Below are positions 19,574-29,562 of a stretch of DNA of 64,000 bases, piece after piece. The stretch's first letter is position 1, and each line of letters opens with the position of its first letter. This DNA is from a virus. Position numbers and translations under genes: made by a program. The stretch is from the IMG/VR virus record IMGVR_UViG_3300031521_000029, positions 1-64,000 of that record. One strand, given 5' to 3'. The notes beneath the pieces were generated by a model that worked only from the letters and a program-made list of their open reading frames with translations, did no database searches and was not told the origin of the DNA.

Positions 19574-20400
19574 ATTTTTTTATTTCTTTCACATGACCAA
19601 TCATTCCAGCATCCTTTACCTTTACACAATGTCTGAAAAGGTATTCTGTTATCATTACAAAATTTTTTAGCATTTAATTGACCATTTTTTTCTCCCATCA
19701 AAACTCCATCTTTATAAAAAAGGAATTTTGAAAACGTCTTTCCTAATCGTCCACCCAAATTACTATTACCCCGTAGTTTTTTTGCTATTTTCTTTTTCGT
19801 TTCCGTTTTATGAAATTTACCATACATAGGGTTATTGTTACCATTAATATTGGCGTGATTTTCACTAATACGTCTTTTTATTTCTATAGATTTATCAATC
19901 CCATATCTTTTTTCATATGGTATATTTTTCAATGTCTTGGCTATAATAGACACCTTTTTCATATTTTCCTGATAAATATCACTCGCATAAAAAGTATTCC
20001 ATTTTTTGGAATTTTTCATTACAATTGACATTTTCTTACGTTCATCATCATTCCATATTTTACCAGATATTCCTTCTCCGCCGTCTGTTAAATTACATAA
20101 TGTTCCAATTCCTAAATTTCGTCTGCCTATAAGATTTATTAAGAATTTCTCATAAAAAAACGATTCATCTTCTGTTAAATTATTTTTAAATATGATTATG
20201 TTTGGGCAACATCCTTCCCGTAACATTTTTCTAATCTTTTTAATTACAAATGTATGTTTTGTAGTGGAGTTCAAATGAAATAACATTCGGTTATCTTTGC
20301 CTTTGCCGACGTAGAACGGTTCTCCGCCAAATTCATATCCATTTTTAATAAATTTTGGTTTTCGTTGGTCTACATAGACGTAGACATAATAATTTTTCAT
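19570..20400 (-). CDS. GIY-YIG-family homing endonuclease with NUMOD3
   Basis: YYVYVYVD...PFYVGKGKDNR...E...LCNLTDGGEG; NNPMYGKFHKTETKKKI. Confidence 0.85.
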   Translation of the reverse strand: MKNYYVYVYVDQRKPKFIKNGYEFGGEPFYVGKGKDNRMLFHLNSTTKHTFVIKKIRKMLREGCCPNIIIFKNNLTEDESFFYEKFLINLIGRRNLGIGTLCNLTDGGEGISGKIWNDDERKKMSIVMKNSKKWNTFYASDIYQENMKKVSIIAKTLKNIPYEKRYGIDKSIEIKRRISENHANINGNNNPMYGKFHKTETKKKIAKKLRGNSNLGGRLGKTFSKFLFYKDGVLMGEKNGQLNAKKFCNDNRIPFQTLCKGKGCWNDWSCERNKKI

Positions 20401-20429
20401 ATATCAATAAATAGTGACCAATACACGAA

Positions 20430-20750
20430 TTATTGTGGTTTATTTTCATCACTTATAACAATTTCAGGCATATCATCATCAGCCCAACAAAATCCATGAT
20501 TTTCATTTAAAACAATTAATTCAGACGGAGAATAACCATTAAAATTACTACTTCTTCGTCGGTCTAAACAGTCAGAATTTACTTCTTCGTATTGTTTACT
20601 TGTAAATAATATTTGCCATTGTGGGTCAACTCCACCATCTTCAACGGTTATCTTATAAACAATAAAAGAATTGGATTTATTAAATGTATAGATAGATTTA
20701 CCTAAATAATCATCTTCTAACTTCTTTTTTAAATATTCTCCGGCTTTCAT
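20430..20750 (-). CDS. hypothetical protein
   Basis: 106-aa ORF. Confidence 0.55.
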   Translation of the reverse strand: MKAGEYLKKKLEDDYLGKSIYTFNKSNSFIVYKITVEDGGVDPQWQILFTSKQYEEVNSDCLDRRRSSNFNGYSPSELIVLNENHGFCWADDDMPEIVISDENKPQ

Positions 20751-20751
20751 A

Positions 20752-21276
20752 TTATTTACTGTATTTAATCACTCTACCAAAATCGAATTCTCTTACCACT
20801 TCTTGTTTACTAAACAAATGTTCAAATGGAAACATAAATGTATCACCTTCATACTCTTTATCAATGTGGGTCACATAGAATTCAGAAATATAAGGCATAA
20901 ACAATTCATATATCGTCTTTCCTCCGGCAACAACTATTTCCAATTCAGGAATACGATTTACATTATTAATATAATGGACTTCACAAATTCCTTCGGAAGA
21001 AGCCATCAACGCACCAGCCGATTCATTCAGTGTATTAGATAGAACATAAATTTTTCTATCCATTAAAATAGGTAAAGATTGATATGTTTTTCTACCCATT
21101 AACAATACCCGACTTCGATGATTTTCACGTTTCGTGAATTCCTTAAACCACGTAAAGTCGCCTTTATATCGCCAAGGAATCATGTTATTCTTTCCAATAC
21201 AACGGTTTTTCGCCATTGCCATAATTCCCTTATAATGACGTAAATCAAATTCAAATTGTTCTGCAATATATTTCAT
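20752..21276 (-). CDS. folA: dihydrofolate reductase
   Basis: IGKNNMIPW...DFTWFK, LMGRKTYQSL, AGG..IY, GDTF. Confidence 0.93.
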   Translation of the reverse strand: MKYIAEQFEFDLRHYKGIMAMAKNRCIGKNNMIPWRYKGDFTWFKEFTKRENHRSRVLLMGRKTYQSLPILMDRKIYVLSNTLNESAGALMASSEGICEVHYINNVNRIPELEIVVAGGKTIYELFMPYISEFYVTHIDKEYEGDTFMFPFEHLFSKQEVVREFDFGRVIKYSK

Positions 21277-21325
21277 TTCGACAGTTTACATCAAAACTCA
21301 AACACTCACAACTTATTATAAGAAG

Positions 21326-21907
21326 TTATGCCGTCAATCGGACAAACTTTTTAATTTCAATCTTTTCACCAACAGAAGCCGATACCTTATTGATGAGGTC
21401 TTTAATGGTAATAGAATCGTCTTTGATGAATGGTTGACGCAATAAATATGCCTCATCAAGTTTCTTCTTCAATTTACCTTCTACAATTTTAGCAACAATA
21501 GGTTCTGGCTTGCCTTTGATTTCCTCTCTGAATTTGGCTTCCCACATTTTTTCAAAATCAATGCCGACGTCATTGACATCAACGCCCTCCGCCTGCGTTG
21601 GACTTGATACAATATGCATGCATATGTCTTTTGCCAATTGTAGAAACAACTCATTTTTGGCAACAAAATCGGTTTGAGATGACATTACAATCATTGCCCC
21701 AATCTTATTATTGTGAACGTAAGAGTAGACAATGTTATTGTCTGCCTTACGATTAGCCATATCCTTGATATCAGCATCTTTCTGCTTTACAAGAATATCA
21801 ATAGCCTCACTTACGTTTCCATTTGCCGTCAACAATGCGTCAGCAATTTTTGTCATAGGAGACATGGTAATCTCCCTAATATGTTTTACTTTTTCAATGT
21901 GTGTCAT
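21326..21907 (-). CDS. tsf: translation elongation factor Ts (short type)
   Basis: UBA-like N-terminus, YSYVH...KIG, QTDFVAKN, KPE.IVAKIVEGKL, LLRQPFIKD, GEKIEIKKFVR. Confidence 0.92.
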   Translation of the reverse strand: MTHIEKVKHIREITMSPMTKIADALLTANGNVSEAIDILVKQKDADIKDMANRKADNNIVYSYVHNNKIGAMIVMSSQTDFVAKNELFLQLAKDICMHIVSSPTQAEGVDVNDVGIDFEKMWEAKFREEIKGKPEPIVAKIVEGKLKKKLDEAYLLRQPFIKDDSITIKDLINKVSASVGEKIEIKKFVRLTA

Positions 21908-21913
21908 AAATTT

Positions 21914-22381
21914 TTATTTATTTGTTAAAAAGTTCGCTAATTGTTTCAAAAAATCATTAAGATATTCTTCAAACTTATAATCACTAAAACTTACATCAAT
22001 GATAGGGTTACTTGAATTTGAATATAATCTTAAATTTTTAGTATAAATTGTTTGTTCCGGAGATTCATCCGAACCTCTCCATTCATATGAATCATTTTCA
22101 ACCCTAATAATACCAATCTGCGATTTTTCATTTCTTACAACTTTATAGAGTGTGGCGACATATCCATCAGAGTTACTACTATACACTTTTTCTTTTTCAA
22201 TTTTAAATTGTTTGCTTTCATTTAAAGATTCGCAAGCATGCCAAATTACTGCAATACGTTGTTTTTCGAGTTTTTGTTCTGCTTGACGTTCTTGTTCTCG
22301 TTGTTTTTCTTTTTCTTCTTTTAAGCGTAATTCTTCTTGTTTACGTTTTTTTACATTTTCAATTTCATCGAGTATATTCAT
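21914..22381 (-). CDS. hypothetical protein
   Basis: 155-aa ORF with charged coiled-coil N-terminus. Confidence 0.6.
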   Translation of the reverse strand: MNILDEIENVKKRKQEELRLKEEKEKQREQERQAEQKLEKQRIAVIWHACESLNESKQFKIEKEKVYSSNSDGYVATLYKVVRNEKSQIGIIRVENDSYEWRGSDESPEQTIYTKNLRLYSNSSNPIIDVSFSDYKFEEYLNDFLKQLANFLTNK

Positions 22382-22566
22382 AATTTTTTAATTTGTTGTA
22401 TTTCACTTCCAAATTGAAATTCCCATTTTCTGTAAGAAAATAGTTCTTTCATTACATGACGTGCGGATGAATAATTTGATTTTTCGATAACTATTTGAAC
22501 TCCCGGCTTATTTCCACGTTTAAGAACCCAAAAATGCCAGTTATATTGTTTGGGTTTATTTTTCAT
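22378..22566 (-). CDS. hypothetical protein
   Basis: 62-aa ORF with ATGA overlaps. Confidence 0.5.
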   Translation of the reverse strand: MKNKPKQYNWHFWVLKRGNKPGVQIVIEKSNYSSARHVMKELFSYRKWEFQFGSEIQQIKKL

Positions 22567-22751
22567 TCTTCTTCGGGTCCTATGTATTGGTCTTCTTCAT
22601 ATTCATTATATGCGGCAGCAGATTTCCATCCGTCTTCCCATTCCATATGTTGTGTACATTCTTCTAATTCTCCATATGGATATGGATTTTCGGATATCAA
22701 TTTTCCGTCGAAATAAGCATCCCAACCAATATCATATGGTAATTTGTTCAT
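22563..22751 (-). CDS. hypothetical acidic protein (Rmf/CrpP-like G..A...G...NPY...W..GW pattern)
   Basis: GWDAYFDGKLISENPY...WEDGW. Confidence 0.5.
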   Translation of the reverse strand: MNKLPYDIGWDAYFDGKLISENPYPYGELEECTQHMEWEDGWKSAAAYNEYEEDQYIGPEEE

Positions 22752-22752
22752 A

Positions 22753-22956
22753 TTACTCCACGTTTTTTAAAATAACATCTGCGTCGTTATACATTTCTCT
22801 TTTAAGTCGTTGCCTAGCTCGTTTATTGATGTTCCGGTTTTCAGTTCGACGTTTTTCTTTTATACTTCTCTTAGGACGTCGACCTTTGTGTGAAGCTTGA
22901 ACATCAATCTTTTCTCCAGAATCCCTCATGTCTGCTAATTCTGCTAATGATTTCAT
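22753..22956 (-). CDS. small Arg/Lys-rich protein
   Basis: 67-aa basic ORF. Confidence 0.55.
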   Translation of the reverse strand: MKSLAELADMRDSGEKIDVQASHKGRRPKRSIKEKRRTENRNINKRARQRLKREMYNDADVILKNVE

Positions 22957-23270
22957 ATAGATGCTTCTATGATATAATTGTCAGATTTAAACTCCAATAC
23001 CAGCCCACTTCCTTTAAAAATTGGATATTGATGTCTACCACCACTCCCCCAAAGGCCTTCTATATTAGTAGAATAATTATTGAACAGATATAGCGATGAA
23101 TCATCACTGCGTTTATCAACGTAAACATCCTTCACACGATATGACCCATTTATGGTAACATTACATTTTGTAGGAGGTGTAATTATTTTAACATTTTCTA
23201 GTTTCAATGGGGACATTCCATCGGTAGGATATTCTGATTGTATCATACTTAGATATACAATTTCATTCAT
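22953..23270 (-). CDS. hypothetical protein
   Basis: 105-aa ORF. Confidence 0.5.
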   Translation of the reverse strand: MNEIVYLSMIQSEYPTDGMSPLKLENVKIITPPTKCNVTINGSYRVKDVYVDKRSDDSSLYLFNNYSTNIEGLWGSGGRHQYPIFKGSGLVLEFKSDNYIIEASI

Positions 23271-24072
23271 ATTTAGGAATCATGTTAGATAATGTTTCTT
23301 TATCCTGAGTAAACTTCCAAGCAGGTTTTGAAATCCACTTTGTTCTTTCACAAAGAATAGGCGGATATGAATCAAAAGTTAACGAAGCATTTTCTTTAAC
23401 TTTAACAATCAATCTTCCATTCTTCAATGCTTCGTCGTAAGTTGACCAATTGATGCCTTTTTGACTCATAAGCATCTCTTGCATTTCAGATGTGGATTTA
23501 CCTTGAAGTTCCTTATGAGAAAATTCTGACTGCGCAACCATAGACACTGCATTTCTAGCGCAATCTTGATTTCTCCAAATGAAGTAATTCATTACTTCTG
23601 TTCTATCAGGAATAGTAAATGCTCTTGAATCGAAATATGCCGGTGTGGTCTTACAAAAATATTGATTAAAATATGTAGGGGTATCATTATCTTTTTGTTT
23701 TAATAATTCTCTATTTAATCTAAGAGAATTAAAATTCGCTGTGATGATTGAAGCCGACACCGATACCATTTTTTGAATATTATTGTCAAACCAAGCCGAA
23801 GTAGTAGGTTTGGCAAAATCAGTAACAAGTACAGAAATTTCATCGGACTGGGTATAGGCAAAGACCGCCCCTTGGATGTGTGGAAGCATACAAACAATAG
23901 CATTGTCCATATCTTCATACAACTCCGTATCAAACGGTTTCTTTAAACCACGGGTATATGTGTGGAATGCTTTACCATCCAATCGGATGATAGTATATGT
24001 TCTTCTAGGAAGGAAATAACGAGTTCTGTGTTCGTATTGTTCCTTCATCCTTTCTCCAAGTTCATCTTTCAT
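23263..24072 (-). CDS. tRNA(His) guanylyltransferase Thg1-like protein
   Basis: RMK..E, IIRLDGKAFHTYT, YTQSDEIS, FDSR, YFIWRNQDCARN. Confidence 0.93.
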   Translation of the reverse strand: MKDELGERMKEQYEHRTRYFLPRRTYTIIRLDGKAFHTYTRGLKKPFDTELYEDMDNAIVCMLPHIQGAVFAYTQSDEISVLVTDFAKPTTSAWFDNNIQKMVSVSASIITANFNSLRLNRELLKQKDNDTPTYFNQYFCKTTPAYFDSRAFTIPDRTEVMNYFIWRNQDCARNAVSMVAQSEFSHKELQGKSTSEMQEMLMSQKGINWSTYDEALKNGRLIVKVKENASLTFDSYPPILCERTKWISKPAWKFTQDKETLSNMIPKYE

Positions 24073-24424
24073 AAATTCTTAAAATCGTTACCCCACTCCA
24101 CAATAAATTGTTTCAGTTTCCCTGACTCATCACGTCCAAAATTTGAATCAACAAAATTTAGATAATCTGGATTATTTTTCTTGAATGTGTCCGTGGAAGA
24201 AGGAGTATCAAACATCTGCCACCTATTTACTAATTCTTTTATTTTTTCCATAATCTTATTTGTATAAATTGTTGGTTGTTTATCCGTTGTGTAACAACCA
24301 TACACTCACATTGTTGTATTTTAATTTCCCACTCTTTAGAGACAATCTAACGGATAATCAAACTCTATCTGTCAACTTCACTATAGCTGTGACTAGCCTT
24401 GTCACCATTATGCGACAAATCAAT

Positions 24425-24787
24425 TTACCACTCTTCCAAATTCACACCGACCATACAACCATCATAAACTTTTTCTATTCCCCAAACGGAACCTTTTTCC
24501 AAATACTCAACAATAACGTCACCATGACAGGCAAGTGGTTTACACCAACAGGCAAGTCGTTTTCCTTTCATAGACAAAACACTATCACGGAATTCTGGAA
24601 TTGTCAAGCAGATATAAAAATCCTTCTTGTATTCGGCAATGGCCTCTTTTCTATCATGAACCTTGTTACAGACTGAACAAAATCCTATTGTGTGACGATT
24701 GCCAAACGGAGAAGTCCGGTCAATGAGAACATCGTAATTAGGACGTTTACAACCTTTCTTCTTTCTTATGTTAACAACCGTGGTCAT
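24425..24787 (-). CDS. DUF4326-like protein
   Basis: YDVLIDRTSPFGN...GKRLACWCKPLACHGDV. Confidence 0.85.
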   Translation of the reverse strand: MTTVVNIRKKKGCKRPNYDVLIDRTSPFGNRHTIGFCSVCNKVHDRKEAIAEYKKDFYICLTIPEFRDSVLSMKGKRLACWCKPLACHGDVIVEYLEKGSVWGIEKVYDGCMVGVNLEEW

Positions 24788-25139
24788 TTTTAACTCTTCT
24801 ATTGTTACTCATTAACTTTTTTATTTCAGCAAATCTAATCTTATATGAAGTAGACATTATATTTAACAAATGACTTTTTACAAAGTCTGGCATATTTGAT
24901 TGTCTAACTATATCAAACTTATGTTGTTTATATAGTTCCACCATAACTCCAAATCCACCATCTGAAAAATGTTTTGATGCATGTAAACAATCTACCATAT
25001 GTCTTGTGAATGAGTGATAATGCCTACTAACTTTTGAAATAAGATGTGGGTATTGAGTATTTAACATCTCTGTAAGATTTTCACTAGCTCTACTCCCGCC
25101 AAAAGTATGTGGACTTAATTTAGAATATTTTTTTATCAT
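24771..25139 (-). CDS. hypothetical protein
   Basis: 122-aa ORF. Confidence 0.5.
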   Translation of the reverse strand: MIKKYSKLSPHTFGGSRASENLTEMLNTQYPHLISKVSRHYHSFTRHMVDCLHASKHFSDGGFGVMVELYKQHKFDIVRQSNMPDFVKSHLLNIMSTSYKIRFAEIKKLMSNNRRVKNDHGC

Positions 25140-25140
25140 A

Positions 25141-25566
25141 CTAATCAGTATATGTTACAAATTCACAACGATTGTCGTCCCATTTAGTAAAACGTCCACC
25201 AAACGTTCCATCTACAAGTTTACGAACTTCTTCCATAGAAGTTCCCTTCGGAAAACATCCTTCTTTAATCATGCTAAAGTGAGTGTGGGTCTTATTTCTC
25301 CAATCAATCTTATTTCTGTTAAGAGGACGTGGTTCCCAACAACGGTAATTATTTGTTTTTCTATCAATATTCACAACAAAATCGTTAATAGTTACATCAT
25401 CAGCCTCTTCCCAACCACACACCTTACAAAAATGTCGTGGAGCAGTACAAGCCGAACACGGCGGATTGATATGGCATGAACAGTTAATAGATGGCCGAAC
25501 TTCTATTTTTCCACAACAACCATTTCTGTTACATTTATCGTCTTCGTATTTACCTGTTTCACTCAT
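25141..25566 (-). CDS. Cys-rich hypothetical protein
   Basis: CNRNGCCG...CSCHINPPCSAC...CKVC. Confidence 0.65.
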   Translation of the reverse strand: MSETGKYEDDKCNRNGCCGKIEVRPSINCSCHINPPCSACTAPRHFCKVCGWEEADDVTINDFVVNIDRKTNNYRCWEPRPLNRNKIDWRNKTHTHFSMIKEGCFPKGTSMEEVRKLVDGTFGGRFTKWDDNRCEFVTYTD

Positions 25567-26399
25567 ATAGTTTGATTGTTTTTAGACCACTCTTCAAATG
25601 CTATTGCCGATACTTTCTCAACAATTTTATTTTTCGGAGCCGCATATGTTCCAGCAGAAGTAAACGAATTCATTTCCATCAACCAATAATTTCCATCATT
25701 ATCTTCACAAATATCAACTGTGAATACAGGGTCAGGATACCATCCGTTTTCAAGAATTTCATTTACAAGTTTTGTTGCCTTAAAAGGAGCGCTTGGAACG
25801 TAAGTTCTTTGATTGTTGTATTTGTATAAAGAAACGCCCAAAATTTCTTTATTCTTTGTACAAATGAAACGCCACTCACCCCGGATGTTCTTAGGTGTAC
25901 TGACAACAACCATAGCCTTGTCATCAGTCACATTACAATGAACAATATCTTTCCAAAAGTTGTCAAAATCTTGTAAGTCAAGAAGTCTGCCTGTAAATGT
26001 TTTATCTCCGCCATTTGGACGAACATAAAGAATAGCATCTTTAGCAAAAGTAGCATAGAAATTCCATTTATTATGTTTCAACCCACCGACAGTAGTAAAC
26101 ACATGCCAGTCATTGAACAAAAACTTTTGAACGTGAGGGTAGTAGTTACTACAAAGATAGTTGTCATCTGTCATCCAACCTATAGGATAGGCGCCAAGTT
26201 CGGCTTTTAGTTTTCTAAAGAGTTGAATAGAACCTTGGAAAACTACACATTCACCTTCGGTAATAAGGCCAGGCCTCAATTCAAAGTGATTACGCACGTC
26301 AAGGACGATACATTCCATTCCCTGACGACGTACTTCAGCGATAAGGTCTTCGTATCCATTGTCTCCGACAAAATTTTCAATTAACCATTTAACTTTCAT
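25563..26399 (-). CDS. ATP-grasp protein (R2K / DUF4343-like)
   Basis: YVRP...KTFTG, EWRF, FTVDI...LMEMNSFTSAG.Y. Confidence 0.8.
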   Translation of the reverse strand: MKVKWLIENFVGDNGYEDLIAEVRRQGMECIVLDVRNHFELRPGLITEGECVVFQGSIQLFRKLKAELGAYPIGWMTDDNYLCSNYYPHVQKFLFNDWHVFTTVGGLKHNKWNFYATFAKDAILYVRPNGGDKTFTGRLLDLQDFDNFWKDIVHCNVTDDKAMVVVSTPKNIRGEWRFICTKNKEILGVSLYKYNNQRTYVPSAPFKATKLVNEILENGWYPDPVFTVDICEDNDGNYWLMEMNSFTSAGTYAAPKNKIVEKVSAIAFEEWSKNNQTI

Positions 26400-26440
26400 A
26401 CGAAGACCCTATCATACAAACTATAATTTGTCAATGAAGT

Positions 26441-26641
26441 TTATGATACCGTTTCGACAGGAGCCGGTTTGATTTGAGTATCGAGAACATATGTGTGAGT
26501 ATAATCATAACCTGCAATTGGAGTTTCCAATTCAATGATAATCACAGGCCCTACCGACCCACACACTTTACCCCAACCAAATGGAAGCTTTTCACCCATG
26601 ACAAAGTACACTCTATCGTTTTGTTTATATTTTTCGTTCAT
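26441..26641 (-). CDS. hypothetical SH3-like protein
   Basis: 66 aa; resembles 30650..30877 (GKV/IxG...IIE/MVE...Y.Y). Confidence 0.55.
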   Translation of the reverse strand: MNEKYKQNDRVYFVMGEKLPFGWGKVCGSVGPVIIIELETPIAGYDYTHTYVLDTQIKPAPVETVS

Positions 26642-26847
26642 AATTTATATTCTTTAATAATTTGTGGAATTTGATTACATTCTTTGTGTTGTTTAAATAC
26701 AAACTTAATATAATCTTCGGCATTTTCAATGTCATCAAATTGTTCTAAATAATCTGAATAACCACTATAAAAATTCCACCAAAGGCCAAACCACCTTCTT
26801 TGTGGTTGAAATTTACCAAATCTGTTTTTAATTATTCTAAATTTCAT
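26638..26847 (-). CDS. hypothetical protein
   Basis: 69-aa ORF with ATGA overlaps. Confidence 0.55.
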   Translation of the reverse strand: MKFRIIKNRFGKFQPQRRWFGLWWNFYSGYSDYLEQFDDIENAEDYIKFVFKQHKECNQIPQIIKEYKL

Positions 26848-27842
26848 TTTTTTGCTGAAGCGCTGAATCCAAGTCCTGCTTGACCCTTCACTTCATATTT
26901 TCTACTATTCAAATTAGCTGACATCATTTCATTCAAAGTTTCGACGGCGTCTTCAAATGGTTTTTCAAAACAACATACTGAAATGACCAACTCCGCACAT
27001 GCGGCAAATGAAAACCCATCTGATGCTGCTACCCATTTTTCAATCTCTTCATCTGTGACGTTGAGTTTCTTTTGAAAATACATCTTTCTAACTTCGTCTG
27101 TTGGCATTCCAATCTCAAGAACTCGGTCGAATCTTCTAGGACGAGCAATCAAACGTTTATCCAATTTTTCAGGATAGTTTGTGGTTGCAATGTTAAGAAC
27201 TTTATCAATTTGATTTTCACCATCCAATAGTGTAAGAATTTCATCTTCACCATGTTCATCGACAATTGCATCAATATCTTCAAACAAACAGACGATTGGA
27301 CGATTCGGTTCCACTTTTCGGAATTGAGCCAAACCATCATTAAATACGGATGGGTGATTAGTACATTGGAATACCAAACCATCAGCATTAACAATGTCGG
27401 CAATAATTTGTTGTACAAGACAGGTCTTTCCTGACCCGGCAGGGCCGTGAAGAAGATAACCACGGCGATGTAAGAATCCGTGTTCAGTAAACTTATCTCC
27501 CTTACCCCAGAAGGTCGTAATTTCTGACAAAATTTTATCAGATACAGAGTCAGGAAATCTCAATAGGTCATCAACACAAACATTTTTCTTTTGATAAATA
27601 ATTCCATGATATTGACTTACAGAAACGCTATAAACACCGCTTTGTAGTTTAGGTGTGGTAGATGATACTGGTTTATAAGTGTGAGGCCCACACGTTGCCC
27701 ATTGGACGAGAGACAATGAATTAAGAATATCCTTTTCTTCATCATTGTTACTTTGTGAAGTAGGCGAGACTGTATTGTTTTTTCTGCGTGGTTTTTCTCC
27801 GCCAAGATTTGTTCCGAAGGCTTCCAAATTCATTTCACTCAT
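26844..27842 (-). CDS. AAA+ ATPase
   Basis: RRGYLLHGPAGSGKT, LFEDID, ATTN, RPRRFDR. Confidence 0.92.
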   Translation of the reverse strand: MSEMNLEAFGTNLGGEKPRRKNNTVSPTSQSNNDEEKDILNSLSLVQWATCGPHTYKPVSSTTPKLQSGVYSVSVSQYHGIIYQKKNVCVDDLLRFPDSVSDKILSEITTFWGKGDKFTEHGFLHRRGYLLHGPAGSGKTCLVQQIIADIVNADGLVFQCTNHPSVFNDGLAQFRKVEPNRPIVCLFEDIDAIVDEHGEDEILTLLDGENQIDKVLNIATTNYPEKLDKRLIARPRRFDRVLEIGMPTDEVRKMYFQKKLNVTDEEIEKWVAASDGFSFAACAELVISVCCFEKPFEDAVETLNEMMSANLNSRKYEVKGQAGLGFSASAKK

Positions 27843-27914
27843 AATTTAGTTTTAAATTTATCAAAGTTAATTGTTACTTCTAAAGTCTATACTAACACAG
27901 ACATAAGTCAAATT

Positions 27915-27951
27915 AAAAAAAGAGTGTAAAGATTTCTCTCTACACTCTTTT
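27915..27951 (-). terminator. intrinsic terminator after the TROVE-like gene
   Basis: AAGAGTGTA...TACACTCTT hairpin followed by a T run on the minus strand. Confidence 0.75.
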
Positions 27952-27972
27952 AAAGAACCACGAACAACTCAA

Positions 27973-29544
27973 TTAAACAACAACTGAATCATACCTCTTA
28001 TCTGTGATGGTCTTCAACATCAATCCTAACGGGGTTAGGAACGAAGTAGAACAAATCTGTTTCAAGATGGATGGGTGACTACCACTGACCATCGCTACAC
28101 CTGAATCTGTCACTTTAACAGGAACATTGTTCTGACTGGAATTAACCTGCCACCATACGATATTTGGAATTCTATAACCAGCATTCTTAAACTTTTCCTT
28201 CATCAACTCATAGTTGGTCTTGTCATTTGATGATAACGCCGGGTCAAATTGCATATCACTGATGATAAATAATACCGAAGGCAAATCCTTTTGTTCCACA
28301 TGATTTCTCGTAGCGGTATTAAGAATTAAATCCAATGATGCTTGAAGGTTAGTGTTCATGTCCCAACCATCCGAATCCAAATTCGTATACTTCTCCAAAA
28401 GGTTGTTACCAACAATTCGATGAAACTTAGGAGTATTGGAGAATGTCATAAAGACATCCTTGAATGGCCCGTTGTTGCGTTCAGCAAAGTAAATTGCCAA
28501 AGACACAGCCACATACAATGGCAAACCATTCATTGAACCTGAAGTGTCTGCAATGACCAATCCTTTTCCGTCACCCTCGACGAAATTAGGCAACGCCTTC
28601 CATTGCAAATCGGCTGCTTTGATGGATGTTGGTGACTGTTGATGTTCTACGAGGGTTCGTAGAATATCATAAGGATACAACGTTGTGGCATTAATTTTGG
28701 CTTCACCCTTCTCAACCTTGGAAAGATAACTCTTATAACTATCTCCGGCTTTCTTTTCAAAAGCCTTACGATAGTTCAAAGATGCTTTGGAAGGAACTTG
28801 TTCAAAGTTAATGTTCGACCATTCCTGTGCGCACATCTTAACTTCAACAACTTCAATATACTTGCGTAGTTGTGAAAGAGTCTTACGATATTTCTTTGAG
28901 TTCCATCCCAAAGATTCACGGAATTTACGAGCCAAAGATACCGATTCCTTTGAAGAAGTGTTTTCGGACTTCAGCCACTTGGCCAAAAGTGAAACGTTCT
29001 TGTTTGCCTTCATCATCATCCAATCGGCAGCCAACTGTTCTGTGAACAGTTTGAGAGCGTCCTTTTCAAGTTCGGTGTCAAACAAAGAATACAAATCGTC
29101 CCAACGACCAAATATTGAAATGTTTTGAATGTTCTTACGAACCACATCTGGATAATTCTTCGCCAACCAACTGATAATTGTACGAAACGTCTTACGTTCA
29201 CCTTGTCCACCACGGACGTCACGAATATAAAACAAAATCTTAAGAGCCAACAACTTATCCTCTGCAAAAGCTTTGGTGAAAAGTTGGATTACATCATTAT
29301 CACTACGAGTGCGCAAAGCGCCAGCATTTCCGAAGAAATCCAATAGATAGTTGAGTGTACTCTTGTATGCAATCGCACCATTTTCGGTAGTGGTAATGTT
29401 GCTGGCATTTTCAAGTCCAGCTACAAGTGGATTGACGGTTGGACGAAATCTATTTACCAAAACGGACTTTTGGATTGCCTGTACATCTTCGTAACCAAAG
29501 TTTTGGGTGTTAACTGCGACTGTGTTTTTTGCGTTCTTCTTCAT
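27973..29544 (-). CDS. TROVE/Ro60-related DUF2828 protein with C-terminal vWA domain
   Basis: TENGA..Y.ST...LDFF, FYIRDVRGGQGER..F, GRWDDL, LAKW, YRK.LS, ADTSGSM MIDAS, ISDMQFD. Confidence 0.85.
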   Translation of the reverse strand: MKKNAKNTVAVNTQNFGYEDVQAIQKSVLVNRFRPTVNPLVAGLENASNITTTENGAIAYKSTLNYLLDFFGNAGALRTRSDNDVIQLFTKAFAEDKLLALKILFYIRDVRGGQGERKTFRTIISWLAKNYPDVVRKNIQNISIFGRWDDLYSLFDTELEKDALKLFTEQLAADWMMMKANKNVSLLAKWLKSENTSSKESVSLARKFRESLGWNSKKYRKTLSQLRKYIEVVEVKMCAQEWSNINFEQVPSKASLNYRKAFEKKAGDSYKSYLSKVEKGEAKINATTLYPYDILRTLVEHQQSPTSIKAADLQWKALPNFVEGDGKGLVIADTSGSMNGLPLYVAVSLAIYFAERNNGPFKDVFMTFSNTPKFHRIVGNNLLEKYTNLDSDGWDMNTNLQASLDLILNTATRNHVEQKDLPSVLFIISDMQFDPALSSNDKTNYELMKEKFKNAGYRIPNIVWWQVNSSQNNVPVKVTDSGVAMVSGSHPSILKQICSTSFLTPLGLMLKTITDKRYDSVVV

Positions 29545-29562
29545 AACTATTTTCCTTTTTGC

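Noticed and set aside
20418-20433. ATAATTCGTGTA upstream of the HEG resembles the thyA start ATGAATCGTGTA (possible insertion scar)
   Set aside because: The match is too short to separate from chance in AT-rich DNA.
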